Virus record (IMG/VR): IMGVR_UViG_3300025066_001240 | Strand: one strand, 5' to 3' | DNA length: 20,000 nucleotides | From: an uncultured virus (IMG/VR IMGVR_UViG_3300025066_001240) | Lineage: Duplodnaviria; Heunggongvirae; Uroviricota; Caudoviricetes | Shown here: piece by piece, positions 7,402-15,443 of the stretch | Layout: each line of letters opens with the position of its first letter | How positions within the stretch are numbered: position 1 is the stretch's first letter | Position numbers and translations under genes: made by a program | The notes under the pieces: generated by a model | Database searches by the model: none | What the model was told of the DNA's origin: nothing | The model's input: only the letters and a program-made list of their open reading frames with translations

Positions 7402-7441
7402 TCGTATTTCCCTTTCAGTTCTTCAAGTTGTTTGAGTTCGC

Positions 7442-7918
7442 TCATAATATAACATCTTTCCAGTCAGTACAATACTGACCCCAATACTGACGACTATCAA
7501 CATCGATTATTTGTACGTCCCACTGGTTAACGTCTGGCGAAGGGTATTCCTCATATAGAGACTCACAGTAATCAACCTCTTCAACAAGATGGCACATGAT
7601 GTTCTCCATGAAGAACTCAATCTCGTTCTCATAGTTTTTTAGTGAGCAGGAGAATGTCCACCACTCACCGTCAAACTCAGAGCCGCCCTCTTTAGGTCCG
7701 TACTCGTCTCGTGAAGGCTCGAAGGGTTCCCCGAAGTCATCTGGCATGTACGCCAGCACCCCAAAAGGAATGAACCCACAGCGACCGTGCATGATCCAGT
7801 CGATGACGTTGGGAACACTTACGACGGTCCAATCACCATAATCGTGTAGCTTTTTGATCGCATCACGATGCTCTGGCTTGATCTTGACCCTCGACCTTAC
7901 ACCCGTATACATTCCCAT
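7442..7918 (-). CDS. phage hypothetical protein (MGMYT...CSLKNY pattern)
   Basis: 158-aa ORF, GGGAG RBS; N-terminal MGMYT and SLKNY..EIE.F pattern recalled from other phage hypotheticals. Confidence 0.75.
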   Translation of the reverse strand: MGMYTGVRSRVKIKPEHRDAIKKLHDYGDWTVVSVPNVIDWIMHGRCGFIPFGVLAYMPDDFGEPFEPSRDEYGPKEGGSEFDGEWWTFSCSLKNYENEIEFFMENIMCHLVEEVDYCESLYEEYPSPDVNQWDVQIIDVDSRQYWGQYCTDWKDVIL

Positions 7919-7949
7919 TAATTGTCTCCCTTGTGAAACCTATATCTAA

Positions 7950-8360
7950 TTCCGAAACAAATCCTCTGTGCGTACCGACTACGTTTATACCTGTGAAGAA
8001 CTAGGTAGCCCCCACAGATACATTGGTAGTGTTAGTGAACAGTGTGGTCTTTAATACTGGTGGAATACGGTGCTAACAGCGAAACAATGCTTTTCTTCAC
8101 AGGTCTAGGGTGTCACGCTAAGACAGTGCCTAGTTTTTAGGGTTGCCACACCTTGGAGCGGTCGGTCGCTCTCCGGTTATTCACTCTTTCACAATGGGTA
8201 AGAACGAGAAACTTCACCCTATTACGTTTTTGGTACGAATTCTTGTGAATCGATAATTCGGGACTACCATAATTATCTAATACCGCTTGAGGATTATAGT
8301 GCCGAGACACCTATTCCCCAAACGATACTTATCACTTAGACAGAACTGTGACAAAGTATG
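7950..8360 (-). ncRNA. candidate large structured non-coding RNA (boundaries approximate)
   Basis: 478-bp gap without a long ORF, containing about ten helices including a 12-bp perfect stem (7989-8000/8093-8104), a crossing helix and a long-range closing stem; G-U pairs favour the minus strand. Confidence 0.65.
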
Positions 8361-8396
8361 CCCTGAAGACATGTCTGTGACACAACTTTGACATTA

Positions 8397-9098
8397 CTAT
8401 ACCTCTAAGATGTTGCCATTACTACTTAATTCCCCAATTTTATCATCGGTAACACAACTGCCGTTGCTGAAGGTAGTTATTAATTGAGGTAACTTCATAG
8501 TTCCGGCATTATTGATCAACTTCATAGTTCCGGCATTATTGATCAACTTCGCATTGTGAACGTGACCGAAGCAGTGAGCTATCGGCTCGACCTCCCAGAT
8601 TCGCCTCAGGAGGCTCTTACAGCCAACCTGTACCAAACCACCCTCCATCGCTTCTGTGAGGTCTAAGACCGTCTGTGGAGGCCCGTGACTGATTACAACG
8701 TCCGAATCAAGAGGTATGGTATTCCAAACCCTCCCAATCTTGTGACGTGCCATCATAAAGTGCCAGTCCCCAAATGTGGGAGTGTAAGGACTGCCCCAAA
8801 TCTTGAGACCCTCGATTTTACGGAAGTCATTTTCAAGATAAGTAATTCCCAACTTCTCTATGTCTTCAGCGTAGACCATGCGTTGGGCGACTGCCGCATC
8901 ATGGTTGCCAGCCACGAGCACCTTGTGCTTAATGGGCAGCATCTGAAACCAATCCAAGAAAGGCCACAGTTCCACGCTATTGGGAATCTTATTCCTGTTG
9001 TCGGTAAAGTCTCCACTGTGGATAACCATACCAACATCGGGCGGCACACTCAGTCTCCCGTGGACCCCGTGCGTGTCTGAAATGTGCCAGATTTTCAT
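8397..9098 (-). CDS. calcineurin-like metallophosphoesterase
   Basis: SDTH, HSGD, AGNHD, SHGPP and FGHVH metal-binding motifs. Confidence 0.93.
   Translation of the reverse strand: MKIWHISDTHGVHGRLSVPPDVGMVIHSGDFTDNRNKIPNSVELWPFLDWFQMLPIKHKVLVAGNHDAAVAQRMVYAEDIEKLGITYLENDFRKIEGLKIWGSPYTPTFGDWHFMMARHKIGRVWNTIPLDSDVVISHGPPQTVLDLTEAMEGGLVQVGCKSLLRRIWEVEPIAHCFGHVHNAKLINNAGTMKLINNAGTMKLPQLITTFSNGSCVTDDKIGELSSNGNILEV
8491..8550. repeat. perfect 27-bp tandem duplication (2.2 copies)
   Basis: AACTTCATAGTTCCGGCATTATTGATC x2 plus AACTTC; encodes KLINNAGTM twice. Confidence 0.95.
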
Positions 9099-9206
9099 TT
9101 TTTGTTTCCAATCTCATAATTTTTAACACAAGACAAGATCATATTAATCTATTTCTCTACATGATCTGTATAGTAGAATAACCAATTTTTACCTGTCCTA
9201 CAGCAA

Positions 9207-9458
9207 TTAGTTTGTACTCACAAAAGCGTCCCAGAAAACATTATCCTCACCCATTCTGATTTGTTTCATGTAGCCCAATTCAATCAGGTGTAGGGCTATG
9301 TACTTTTCAGAATCAGTCGCGTTTTCAACATCCATGAAATTCAGTTCAGATACTATACGTTGAAACTGGTCATGGATAGCTTCCATATGACTAGTCTCAA
9401 TACTTGCAGTATCACGAGCCAGCATTAGAGAACCGATAATACTTTGTTTAATCGTCAT
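9207..9458 (-). CDS. hypothetical protein
   Basis: 83-aa ORF, ATGA overlap. Confidence 0.7.
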   Translation of the reverse strand: MTIKQSIIGSLMLARDTASIETSHMEAIHDQFQRIVSELNFMDVENATDSEKYIALHLIELGYMKQIRMGEDNVFWDAFVSTN

Positions 9459-9868
9459 AGTTCACATTCTACATATGTTGCGTACAAGAAGTTAATAGCA
9501 AACGTGCATTCACGATCAAGCTTCTTGCCGTCCTTGACCATCATGATTCGTCCAGCCTCTGACTCCATCGGCAATGACAGAACATAATATTCAAGTGATC
9601 CAGCATGACTATCAGCTAACTGAACCTTACCACCCTTCTCCATTATAGCAAGTGCTTGTGACCAGTCAAGTCTTTCCTGATAAATTTCCCAGTTTCCTTC
9701 GTGAATAGAGTCATACGGAAACCCACAATCGTTCTCGTCGTAGAAACACCCCTGATCATTATCAAAACCTACCCATTGATCTGTATCCCACGACTCTAGT
9801 CGTACCTTGTGTCCATCCAATGCTTTGTGTAGTGCTTCTTTTTGGCTCATACTCGCTTTACGTGTCAT
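9455..9868 (-). CDS. protein with two tandem DUF2829/Tad2-like units
   Basis: MSQKEALHKALDGHKVRLESW...NWEIY followed by LDWSQALAIMEKGGKVQL. Confidence 0.5.
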   Translation of the reverse strand: MTRKASMSQKEALHKALDGHKVRLESWDTDQWVGFDNDQGCFYDENDCGFPYDSIHEGNWEIYQERLDWSQALAIMEKGGKVQLADSHAGSLEYYVLSLPMESEAGRIMMVKDGKKLDRECTFAINFLYATYVECEL

Positions 9869-9870
9869 AG

Positions 9871-10065
9871 CTATTCTCCTGTTCGGTATCGGTAATCGTC
9901 TGGTGATTCATCGTCTGTTGTGTCCATCGGGGTGTATTCCACGCAACTTCCGTATCGCTTATGGAAGTCTTCGTATGGGTCACCCGATGTTTCGACCTGT
10001 CCAATTTGCTTACGCTCACAGGTGGACTCGTCCTCCTTCACAACGGCGTATTTGGTATTCGGCAT
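9871..10065 (-). CDS. hypothetical acidic protein
   Basis: 64-aa ORF, GGAGG RBS, TAATG coupling. Confidence 0.7.
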   Translation of the reverse strand: MPNTKYAVVKEDESTCERKQIGQVETSGDPYEDFHKRYGSCVEYTPMDTTDDESPDDYRYRTGE

Positions 10066-10274
10066 TATGGTCCTCCCGCTTCTTCGAGTGCCATCTTCAG
10101 TGCGGCAAGCCGTGCAACCGCTCTAGTCTTCTTGTTGTTGCCAGTCGCAAGAGACAGTACTCGCTTAACCTCATCGCGGGATGCTGTTGTGTGAAAAAGA
10201 AACGACCCTTTGTTGTGGTGTAGCGTGACTCTTGTGACGCCGTCGATTCTGATGATATCGGTTTCTGTTGCCAT
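10065..10274 (-). CDS. hypothetical protein
   Basis: 69-aa ORF coupled to the next gene. Confidence 0.65.
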   Translation of the reverse strand: MATETDIIRIDGVTRVTLHHNKGSFLFHTTASRDEVKRVLSLATGNNKKTRAVARLAALKMALEEAGGP

Positions 10275-10353
10275 TATTTTGTCTCTTCCTGTTAAGCCCG
10301 CACCATCGCGGGACTCTGCCCACCCTTTCGGAATGAGCAGCGTCTCATGATGG

Positions 10354-10578
10354 TTATTCGATCACTTCTACGCTATCGTCGATCTCGGCTTCCCTCGCAT
10401 CCACAACATCTGCTTCCTCCGCTGAGAGGTACTGATTGTTGTAGACTGTCACCCGTTCAGCGGCCCTTGCCTTAGCGTCATCCGCAGATTCCGCTTCCAC
10501 AGTAGCCACATGGACAGGTTCAAACGTCATTGACTGGTTGGCTGAGTTTGACCCAGTTCTGTACACGTAGTATCGCAT
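10354..10578 (-). CDS. hypothetical protein
   Basis: Start re-assigned to MRYYVY (AAGGAG RBS). Confidence 0.75.
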   Translation of the reverse strand: MRYYVYRTGSNSANQSMTFEPVHVATVEAESADDAKARAAERVTVYNNQYLSAEEADVVDAREAEIDDSVEVIE

Positions 10579-10655
10579 TGCATTCTCCTTGTGGGTGGTG
10601 GTCACTCACCGTGAATGACCAATCGCCTTTCGGCATCTACGCATCGCGAGATGGT

Positions 10656-10997
10656 TTACATTTCTGCAAGCTCAACACCTTTCCCCACAGCCTCCTGTAC
10701 GCTCTTCGGCAGTTCCTCAATCCCGTCATCGTCAACGCAGCACTGTTGTATCAGCCAGCGGATGGCAAACATCTCAGTTACTTCGGTGTAGCAATCGGTT
10801 GACCCTTGCCACTGTGACCATTCCCACAACACCCAACTGCCGCCTTTCGTGTAGTGCAGTTGCTGGTGGTCCCACTGGCTCCCAGTGGCCTTGCTGATGT
10901 GGTTGTTGCCGTCCCAGTCCGTGTCTTCGCTGAAGTCGATGGTCTTGTCGCCATCGAACCACTTGCCTGAGTCGTCTGTTAATACAATTCGTTGCAT
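10656..10997 (-). CDS. hypothetical Trp-rich phage protein
   Basis: 113-aa ORF, GGAG RBS. Confidence 0.78.
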   Translation of the reverse strand: MQRIVLTDDSGKWFDGDKTIDFSEDTDWDGNNHISKATGSQWDHQQLHYTKGGSWVLWEWSQWQGSTDCYTEVTEMFAIRWLIQQCCVDDDGIEELPKSVQEAVGKGVELAEM

Positions 10998-11052
10998 CGT
11001 TTATCTCCATGTCTAGGTATTCAAATTAGGCCAGCCGCAACATAGCGGCCAG

Positions 11053-11229
11053 TTATTTCGGCAGTAACTCAGCATTTGATTGTGCTGAACGAATCACCTC
11101 CGTTGGCAATGGCAGGTCTTCCATGTTCCGCATCATTTGGTCACGCATGACCACATCACCGGCAGAGTCTCGTGCTTTAGCTTGGTCGATCATGCCGACC
11201 AGTGTTCGCATTGCGTTTTCGTTGTCCAT
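11053..11229 (-). CDS. 58-aa hypothetical protein not in the ORF track
   Basis: AGGAGG RBS; MDNENAMRTLVGMIDQAKARDSAGDVVMRDQMMRNMEDLPLPTEVIRSAQSNAELLPK. Confidence 0.7.
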   Translation of the reverse strand: MDNENAMRTLVGMIDQAKARDSAGDVVMRDQMMRNMEDLPLPTEVIRSAQSNAELLPK

Positions 11230-11296
11230 CATTCATCCTCCTGTGTATAGAAACCGCTGTCGCCTTTCACACTGTGCAGGTGGCGACCCGGAAGGT

Positions 11297-11671
11297 TCAG
11301 GCAAGACAGAACTCATAAACTCGCCTGAACATGTAAAAGAAATCCTCGCCAAAGAGATTTCTGTCAGCATAGAAACTTAGGTAGAACAATAAGAAACACT
11401 GGAAAATAAACACTGGCACGATAGCGATGTAGTATTTGGAGTACACAAGCCTGACCATGATGACTGAGGCGATGAGGGTTCCCAACGCTTTCAGGACGAC
11501 CAAGCCCGCCACGCCTAATTCTTTAATGATCATCAATGCCATCGGGTTCTGTTCTTCCTCTTCGAGCGTGTCGATAGTAACACAGCATAAAACGTTATCG
11601 TATGCTGAGATGACCCCAATAGAGAAGATCATGAACAGCAGTGTAAGCCTTACTGGTCTCGGTTGGAGCAT
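11297..11671 (-). CDS. membrane protein, DUF5658-like
   Basis: Three hydrophobic segments with a D...E.NP motif between the first two. Confidence 0.6.
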   Translation of the reverse strand: MLQPRPVRLTLLFMIFSIGVISAYDNVLCCVTIDTLEEEEQNPMALMIIKELGVAGLVVLKALGTLIASVIMVRLVYSKYYIAIVPVFIFQCFLLFYLSFYADRNLFGEDFFYMFRRVYEFCLA

Positions 11672-11835
11672 GAGTCACGCTTCCTCTCAAGGGCTTGTAG
11701 TTGGGCCTGTAGGCTCTTGATGGTTATCATGTGTACTTCCTCGGTTTGACTGAACAACGCTCTGTCAGCCTCTCTCTCGTGATACTCAATCGCTGTCGTC
11801 AACTGTTGTATTAGGTGGTCTGTATTCTTTTTCAT
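11650..11835 (-). CDS. hypothetical helical protein
   Basis: 61-aa ORF, GAGGGTG upstream. Confidence 0.65.
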   Translation of the reverse strand: MKKNTDHLIQQLTTAIEYHEREADRALFSQTEEVHMITIKSLQAQLQALERKRDSCSNRDQ

Positions 11836-11847
11836 ATCACCCTCACT

Positions 11848-11887
11848 AAAAGAAAAAGGGGGCAGGCGGCATCAGCAACCCGCCCCC
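11848..11887 (-). terminator. Rho-independent terminator after rIIB-like gene
   Basis: GGGGGCGGG...CCTGCCCCC stem followed by TTTTTCTTTT. Confidence 0.85.
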
Positions 11888-11923
11888 TAAGAGTCTAATC
11901 AACCACGATTAGGGTTCCCTTAT

Positions 11924-12763
11924 CTACGCCCAGGCTTCGTCATAGTCAGCGTCATCTTCATAGTACTCATCCTCATCGTCTCCTTCGAAGACTTCTGATT
12001 CGACCAGTTCTTTGGCGATTCCGATAACTTCGTAACGACTGACGCGGATCTTCTGACATTGACAGTCGCTAGGCACGCTGACAATATCAGCAGGGTTGAA
12101 CTTCACCAGAACAACCGCACCACCGCAACCAGCCCAGCCTTCAGCGTACTCGTAAGTACCAACGTGAAGACCACCTGAACACCCAATAGTATGGTCATCG
12201 CACACCATACGACGAGGCATCTTATTCTCGTCCCCAACGTTGTTGCGGAAAGAATTACCAGTGTACTTGTCAACCATACAACCAGCCACCAACTGCCGGT
12301 TCATCTTGTCCTGACGGGGTTCTCCACGGTAGATAGCTACACCCTTGTAGCCAACCATACACCCATCTTCAGTGATAGGCAGACCCTTATGAGAGGACCA
12401 CTCGTAGGACTCCTGAACTGCCCGCTGAGATACGTTGTCGTACAGGTTATCGAGATACTTCAGCATAGGCTGATGATCCCAACCTGAACGAATCATACCA
12501 ATGATACGCTCAGTAGGCTGGCTAGCGATCTGCTCGTCATCACCAAACCACAGGTAACCGTCTCGGTACTCGAAGTTGCCTTCGCTCCACCCTTCAATCA
12601 GAGTTCCGACCTCGAAGAGATCAAGAAATCCCTCAGCATCAGAGCATCTAACACACTCGACCAGACCGTCATACTCAGGGTGAGCAGGATCAAACTGACG
12701 AGGGCTGCCGTCGAGAACTACAGTCCAGTGATTCTTGTTGTCTTTGATGTGTAAAAGTGCCAT
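11924..12763 (-). CDS. rIIB: rIIB-like protein
   Basis: LPITEDGCMVGYKGV, CSGGLHVG, VKFNPADIVSVPSD...KIRVSRYEV; likely start MALLHIKD. Confidence 0.88.
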   Translation of the reverse strand: MALLHIKDNKNHWTVVLDGSPRQFDPAHPEYDGLVECVRCSDAEGFLDLFEVGTLIEGWSEGNFEYRDGYLWFGDDEQIASQPTERIIGMIRSGWDHQPMLKYLDNLYDNVSQRAVQESYEWSSHKGLPITEDGCMVGYKGVAIYRGEPRQDKMNRQLVAGCMVDKYTGNSFRNNVGDENKMPRRMVCDDHTIGCSGGLHVGTYEYAEGWAGCGGAVVLVKFNPADIVSVPSDCQCQKIRVSRYEVIGIAKELVESEVFEGDDEDEYYEDDADYDEAWA

Positions 12764-12819
12764 TAGAGTACCCTTTTCTGTGAAATTGTGTGTAATACTG
12801 ACAGGTTTTGTTTCCACCT

Positions 12820-12847
12820 ATTATAGTCTATTATCGGCAGAAGTCAA
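12820..12847 (-). promoter_or_regulatory. class A promoter TTGACT-N16-TATAAT with CGATA box
   Basis: TTGACT TCTGCCGATAATAGAC TATAAT. Confidence 0.8.
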
Positions 12848-12876
12848 GTGGCAACCCACTCTTTTTTGGATTTTCT

Positions 12877-13200
12877 TTAGATTGTTTTATCCGTGATCAC
12901 AGAGAACTCGCGATCATAACAAACAAAGAAACTCCGGAGAACGTAGCGGCTGGGGCAGAAACTCTTTGCTGAACTATCTTTAGCCCATACATTAATACGC
13001 CAATATTCCGTATTGATCTCATTCCACAGATAGTGTCGGGCTACCTGATTGATCTTCGCGGCTTCTCCGAGGGTTAACTTTTCCTCAAGAAACTTTGTTA
13101 ACACTTCACTTGGGATATGTGGTCCTACGTCTTTCTTAACAGGCTTCTCATCTTCTCGTATTGGTGTTAACTTTGACGGGCGAGCGTTAGCCAATGGCAT
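12877..13200 (-). CDS. hypothetical protein between rIIA and rIIB
   Basis: 107-aa ORF, AGGAG RBS. Confidence 0.75.
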   Translation of the reverse strand: MPLANARPSKLTPIREDEKPVKKDVGPHIPSEVLTKFLEEKLTLGEAAKINQVARHYLWNEINTEYWRINVWAKDSSAKSFCPSRYVLRSFFVCYDREFSVITDKTI

Positions 13201-13225
13201 TGTATTGTCTCCTGATTAGTGGTTG

Positions 13226-13252
13226 AAAGAGACGCCCCCCTAAGGGGGCGTC
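13226..13252 (-). terminator. GC-rich hairpin / weak terminator after rIIA-like gene
   Basis: GACGCCCCC-TTAG-GGGGGCGTC perfect 9-bp stem followed by TCTTT. Confidence 0.75.
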
Positions 13253-13264
13253 GTATCGAGTCGT

Positions 13265-15175
13265 CTACTTGACCGCCGCATCGATGTAGCGAGCTACCTT
13301 CTGCTTTGCGTTGGAAATATTCCAGTTACTCAGCAGTGTCAGCATCTCATACTTCACGAAGAACGCATCCATCCACGCTTGCAGGGTATGGTCTTCCTTG
13401 ATATCACCCTTAATACCCAAACGCTTACAGATCCCGGCGGTCTTGTCATTCTTACTGGTATCACGCATATTGGTGAATTCATCCAGTTCATCACTCCCCA
13501 TGAGTTCCTCAATATGCGATAGAGTAGATGCCTGTCCCCTATCGAACTTGTAATAAGTCGTAGGCTTAATCTTCTCGTACTCACGTTCAGCAAAATCACG
13601 TAGTGTGATAAACTTTCCACTCTTGAAAGCGGCAGTCTTAGTGAAAGCCGTCTTCAATCCAAACACCTTAGGTACGGTGATACCACACTCCTTCATAGTT
13701 TTAATACTACTGGAGACATTACCATTACATCCTTCAACGAAACAGTTGTCGTTAACAGGGTGCCATCGAGAGATCTCAACGTACACAATCTCCTGACCAT
13801 TGTCATCCAGTTCCTCTTCCAGCCAGTAACCCTCTGGACTGTAGTAGGAATTCTTATTATTGAATGAAAATACCTTACACGTAGATGTAGTCCCGTTCCT
13901 GGCTTTCTTCTCAACTTTGGGAAGATCCTCCAAGTCCAGCAGAACGTCCCGGTCGAGAAGTACTTCGTCAACCTGTTCGTCTGTCAGGACAACCAGTTGA
14001 GTCTTTCGGGTGGCCTGCGGCCCCCTCATGTGCTGCTTAATACGACCCTGCATTCTGTCTTTATGAAGGTAGTATACTACCTCATCTCCAACAGGACACG
14101 ATCTAGTCGTATTTCGCTTAGTAGCTTGCCAATTCCACCCTCCCCAGTAGACAATCTCGGTGGTAGCTTCAGGCAGAAAATAAGGGCGGAGGGTATTACT
14201 ATCAATCAATCGACCAATCTGTCCCTGTCTCAGTTTCTCCGCCAGCACCGCCTGTTTGAACGGAGTAGGCTCTGCTTCCACCCTGGCGATAGCTTCCTCA
14301 CGAATCTCGTCCTTGATCTTTCCCATCTTATCCGCAATTGCTTTACGAGTCTTATTGTCTAACGACAGGTTCTCACGAGCAGTATCGAAGCTAATCTCAC
14401 CCAGTTCAAACTTGATCAGACCACTACAGTTGAGGGTATCGATCTCGTCAGGAATACGGTAGGCAATGTTACCCATAAGGGCGACCATGCTACCCCAAGA
14501 ACTGTTCAGGGAATAAAATTCCCCCTCGAAATCATACTTTTTGCGTGCCTCATTAATCCTACGTACAATGGAATGGCTATTGATATCGGGAGTTTCATCC
14601 CACCAATGGAACACATTGATAGCTTCCTGCTCAAATGCTTCAACGCGACCCTCCACATTCACAATAACTTCGACGCCGTTAGGCTCGTCGGAATCTACCT
14701 GTGAGAGCAGAGCTACGACTGGCTTTCGCTCAGGGTCACGATAGCATGAGTACGTACTCACTTTACCGTTTTTCCAACTCTTCACCGTGAAACTATCACA
14801 CAGTGAGTATGGAGACAGGCTACCAATCCCGAAACACCCAATCACGTTGTTATTGTCACGCTTGGTAGACACACCGATACCAGCGAAGGTACTGCGAACT
14901 TTCTGCTCGCCCATACCCAGGCCGAAGTCACGAATACTGAACCACCCCTCCAGATGAGTGGGTAGGTGGATCTTGAATTTCTTATCCAGAGTACCCGCCA
15001 TAACATGTGAGTCATAGGCATTACAACTCAACTCACGGATGACCGCACGTTCTTTATGGGTGTATACCTTATCTGCGAACATGTCCACGATAAAGGCAAT
15101 ATCACCGACAGCGTAGTCGGAAGTTGCGAAGTCGCCCTGAATAGATACGTCTTGCTTTGGAGTTTCGAGTTTCAT
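13265..15175 (-). CDS. rIIA: rIIA-like protein with N-terminal GHKL ATPase-like domain
   Basis: VY....AVIRELSCNAYDSH, IRDFGLGM, STK...IGCFGIGSLSPYS; upstream of an rIIB-like gene. Confidence 0.88.
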   Translation of the reverse strand: MKLETPKQDVSIQGDFATSDYAVGDIAFIVDMFADKVYTHKERAVIRELSCNAYDSHVMAGTLDKKFKIHLPTHLEGWFSIRDFGLGMGEQKVRSTFAGIGVSTKRDNNNVIGCFGIGSLSPYSLCDSFTVKSWKNGKVSTYSCYRDPERKPVVALLSQVDSDEPNGVEVIVNVEGRVEAFEQEAINVFHWWDETPDINSHSIVRRINEARKKYDFEGEFYSLNSSWGSMVALMGNIAYRIPDEIDTLNCSGLIKFELGEISFDTARENLSLDNKTRKAIADKMGKIKDEIREEAIARVEAEPTPFKQAVLAEKLRQGQIGRLIDSNTLRPYFLPEATTEIVYWGGWNWQATKRNTTRSCPVGDEVVYYLHKDRMQGRIKQHMRGPQATRKTQLVVLTDEQVDEVLLDRDVLLDLEDLPKVEKKARNGTTSTCKVFSFNNKNSYYSPEGYWLEEELDDNGQEIVYVEISRWHPVNDNCFVEGCNGNVSSSIKTMKECGITVPKVFGLKTAFTKTAAFKSGKFITLRDFAEREYEKIKPTTYYKFDRGQASTLSHIEELMGSDELDEFTNMRDTSKNDKTAGICKRLGIKGDIKEDHTLQAWMDAFFVKYEMLTLLSNWNISNAKQKVARYIDAAVK

Positions 15176-15227
15176 TTTGTCATTCCTAAATGTGGTTGAT
15201 TGTTTGAGCGGCGTTGCTCATGACCCA

Positions 15228-15255
15228 ATTATACATTACTTATCGTCAAAGTCAA
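15228..15255 (-). promoter_or_regulatory. class A promoter TTGACT-N16-TATAAT with CGATA box
   Basis: TTGACT TTGACGATAAGTAATG TATAAT. Confidence 0.8.
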
Positions 15256-15256
15256 G

Positions 15257-15319
15257 TCACATCTTTAACAATTCTGACAGAATCATACAGATGTTGAACC
15301 CGCGATCAGTCTTTTCCAC
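15257..15319 (-). CDS. possible 20-aa peptide
   Basis: GGGAG RBS 5 nt before GTG; MEKTDRGFNICMILSELLKM. Confidence 0.35.
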   Translation of the reverse strand: MEKTDRGFNICMILSELLKM

Positions 15320-15335
15320 AATTGCTCCCTAGTCC

Positions 15336-15374
15336 AAAGAAAAAGGCGACACCACACCGTAGTGTAATCTCGCC
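15336..15374 (-). terminator. Rho-independent terminator with cUACGg loop
   Basis: GGCGA-GA-TTACAC-TACG-GTGTGG-TG-TCGCC followed by TTTTTCTTT. Confidence 0.8.
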
Positions 15375-15399
15375 AAGCGTTTGTTTGCTTGACACTCCA

Positions 15400-15427
15400 A
15401 TTATAGTATACTAATCGGCAATGTCAA
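15400..15427 (-). promoter_or_regulatory. class A promoter TTGACA-N16-TATAAT with CGAT box
   Basis: TTGACA TTGCCGATTAGTATAC TATAAT. Confidence 0.8.
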
Positions 15428-15443
15428 GGGGAAACTTTAGGAA

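Noticed and set aside
7919..8396. Group I/II intron, RNase P RNA or tmRNA
   Set aside because: Flanking genes are complete and unrelated; I saw no GAGGAAAGTCC RNase P signature, tmRNA tRNA-like ends or group II domain V
13216..13239. Further tripartite repeat copy (TTAGTGG...GAGACGCCCCC resembles 19145-19169)
   Set aside because: Lacks the GCTGGCTAT and GCGA boxes at the expected offsets; partial similarity only
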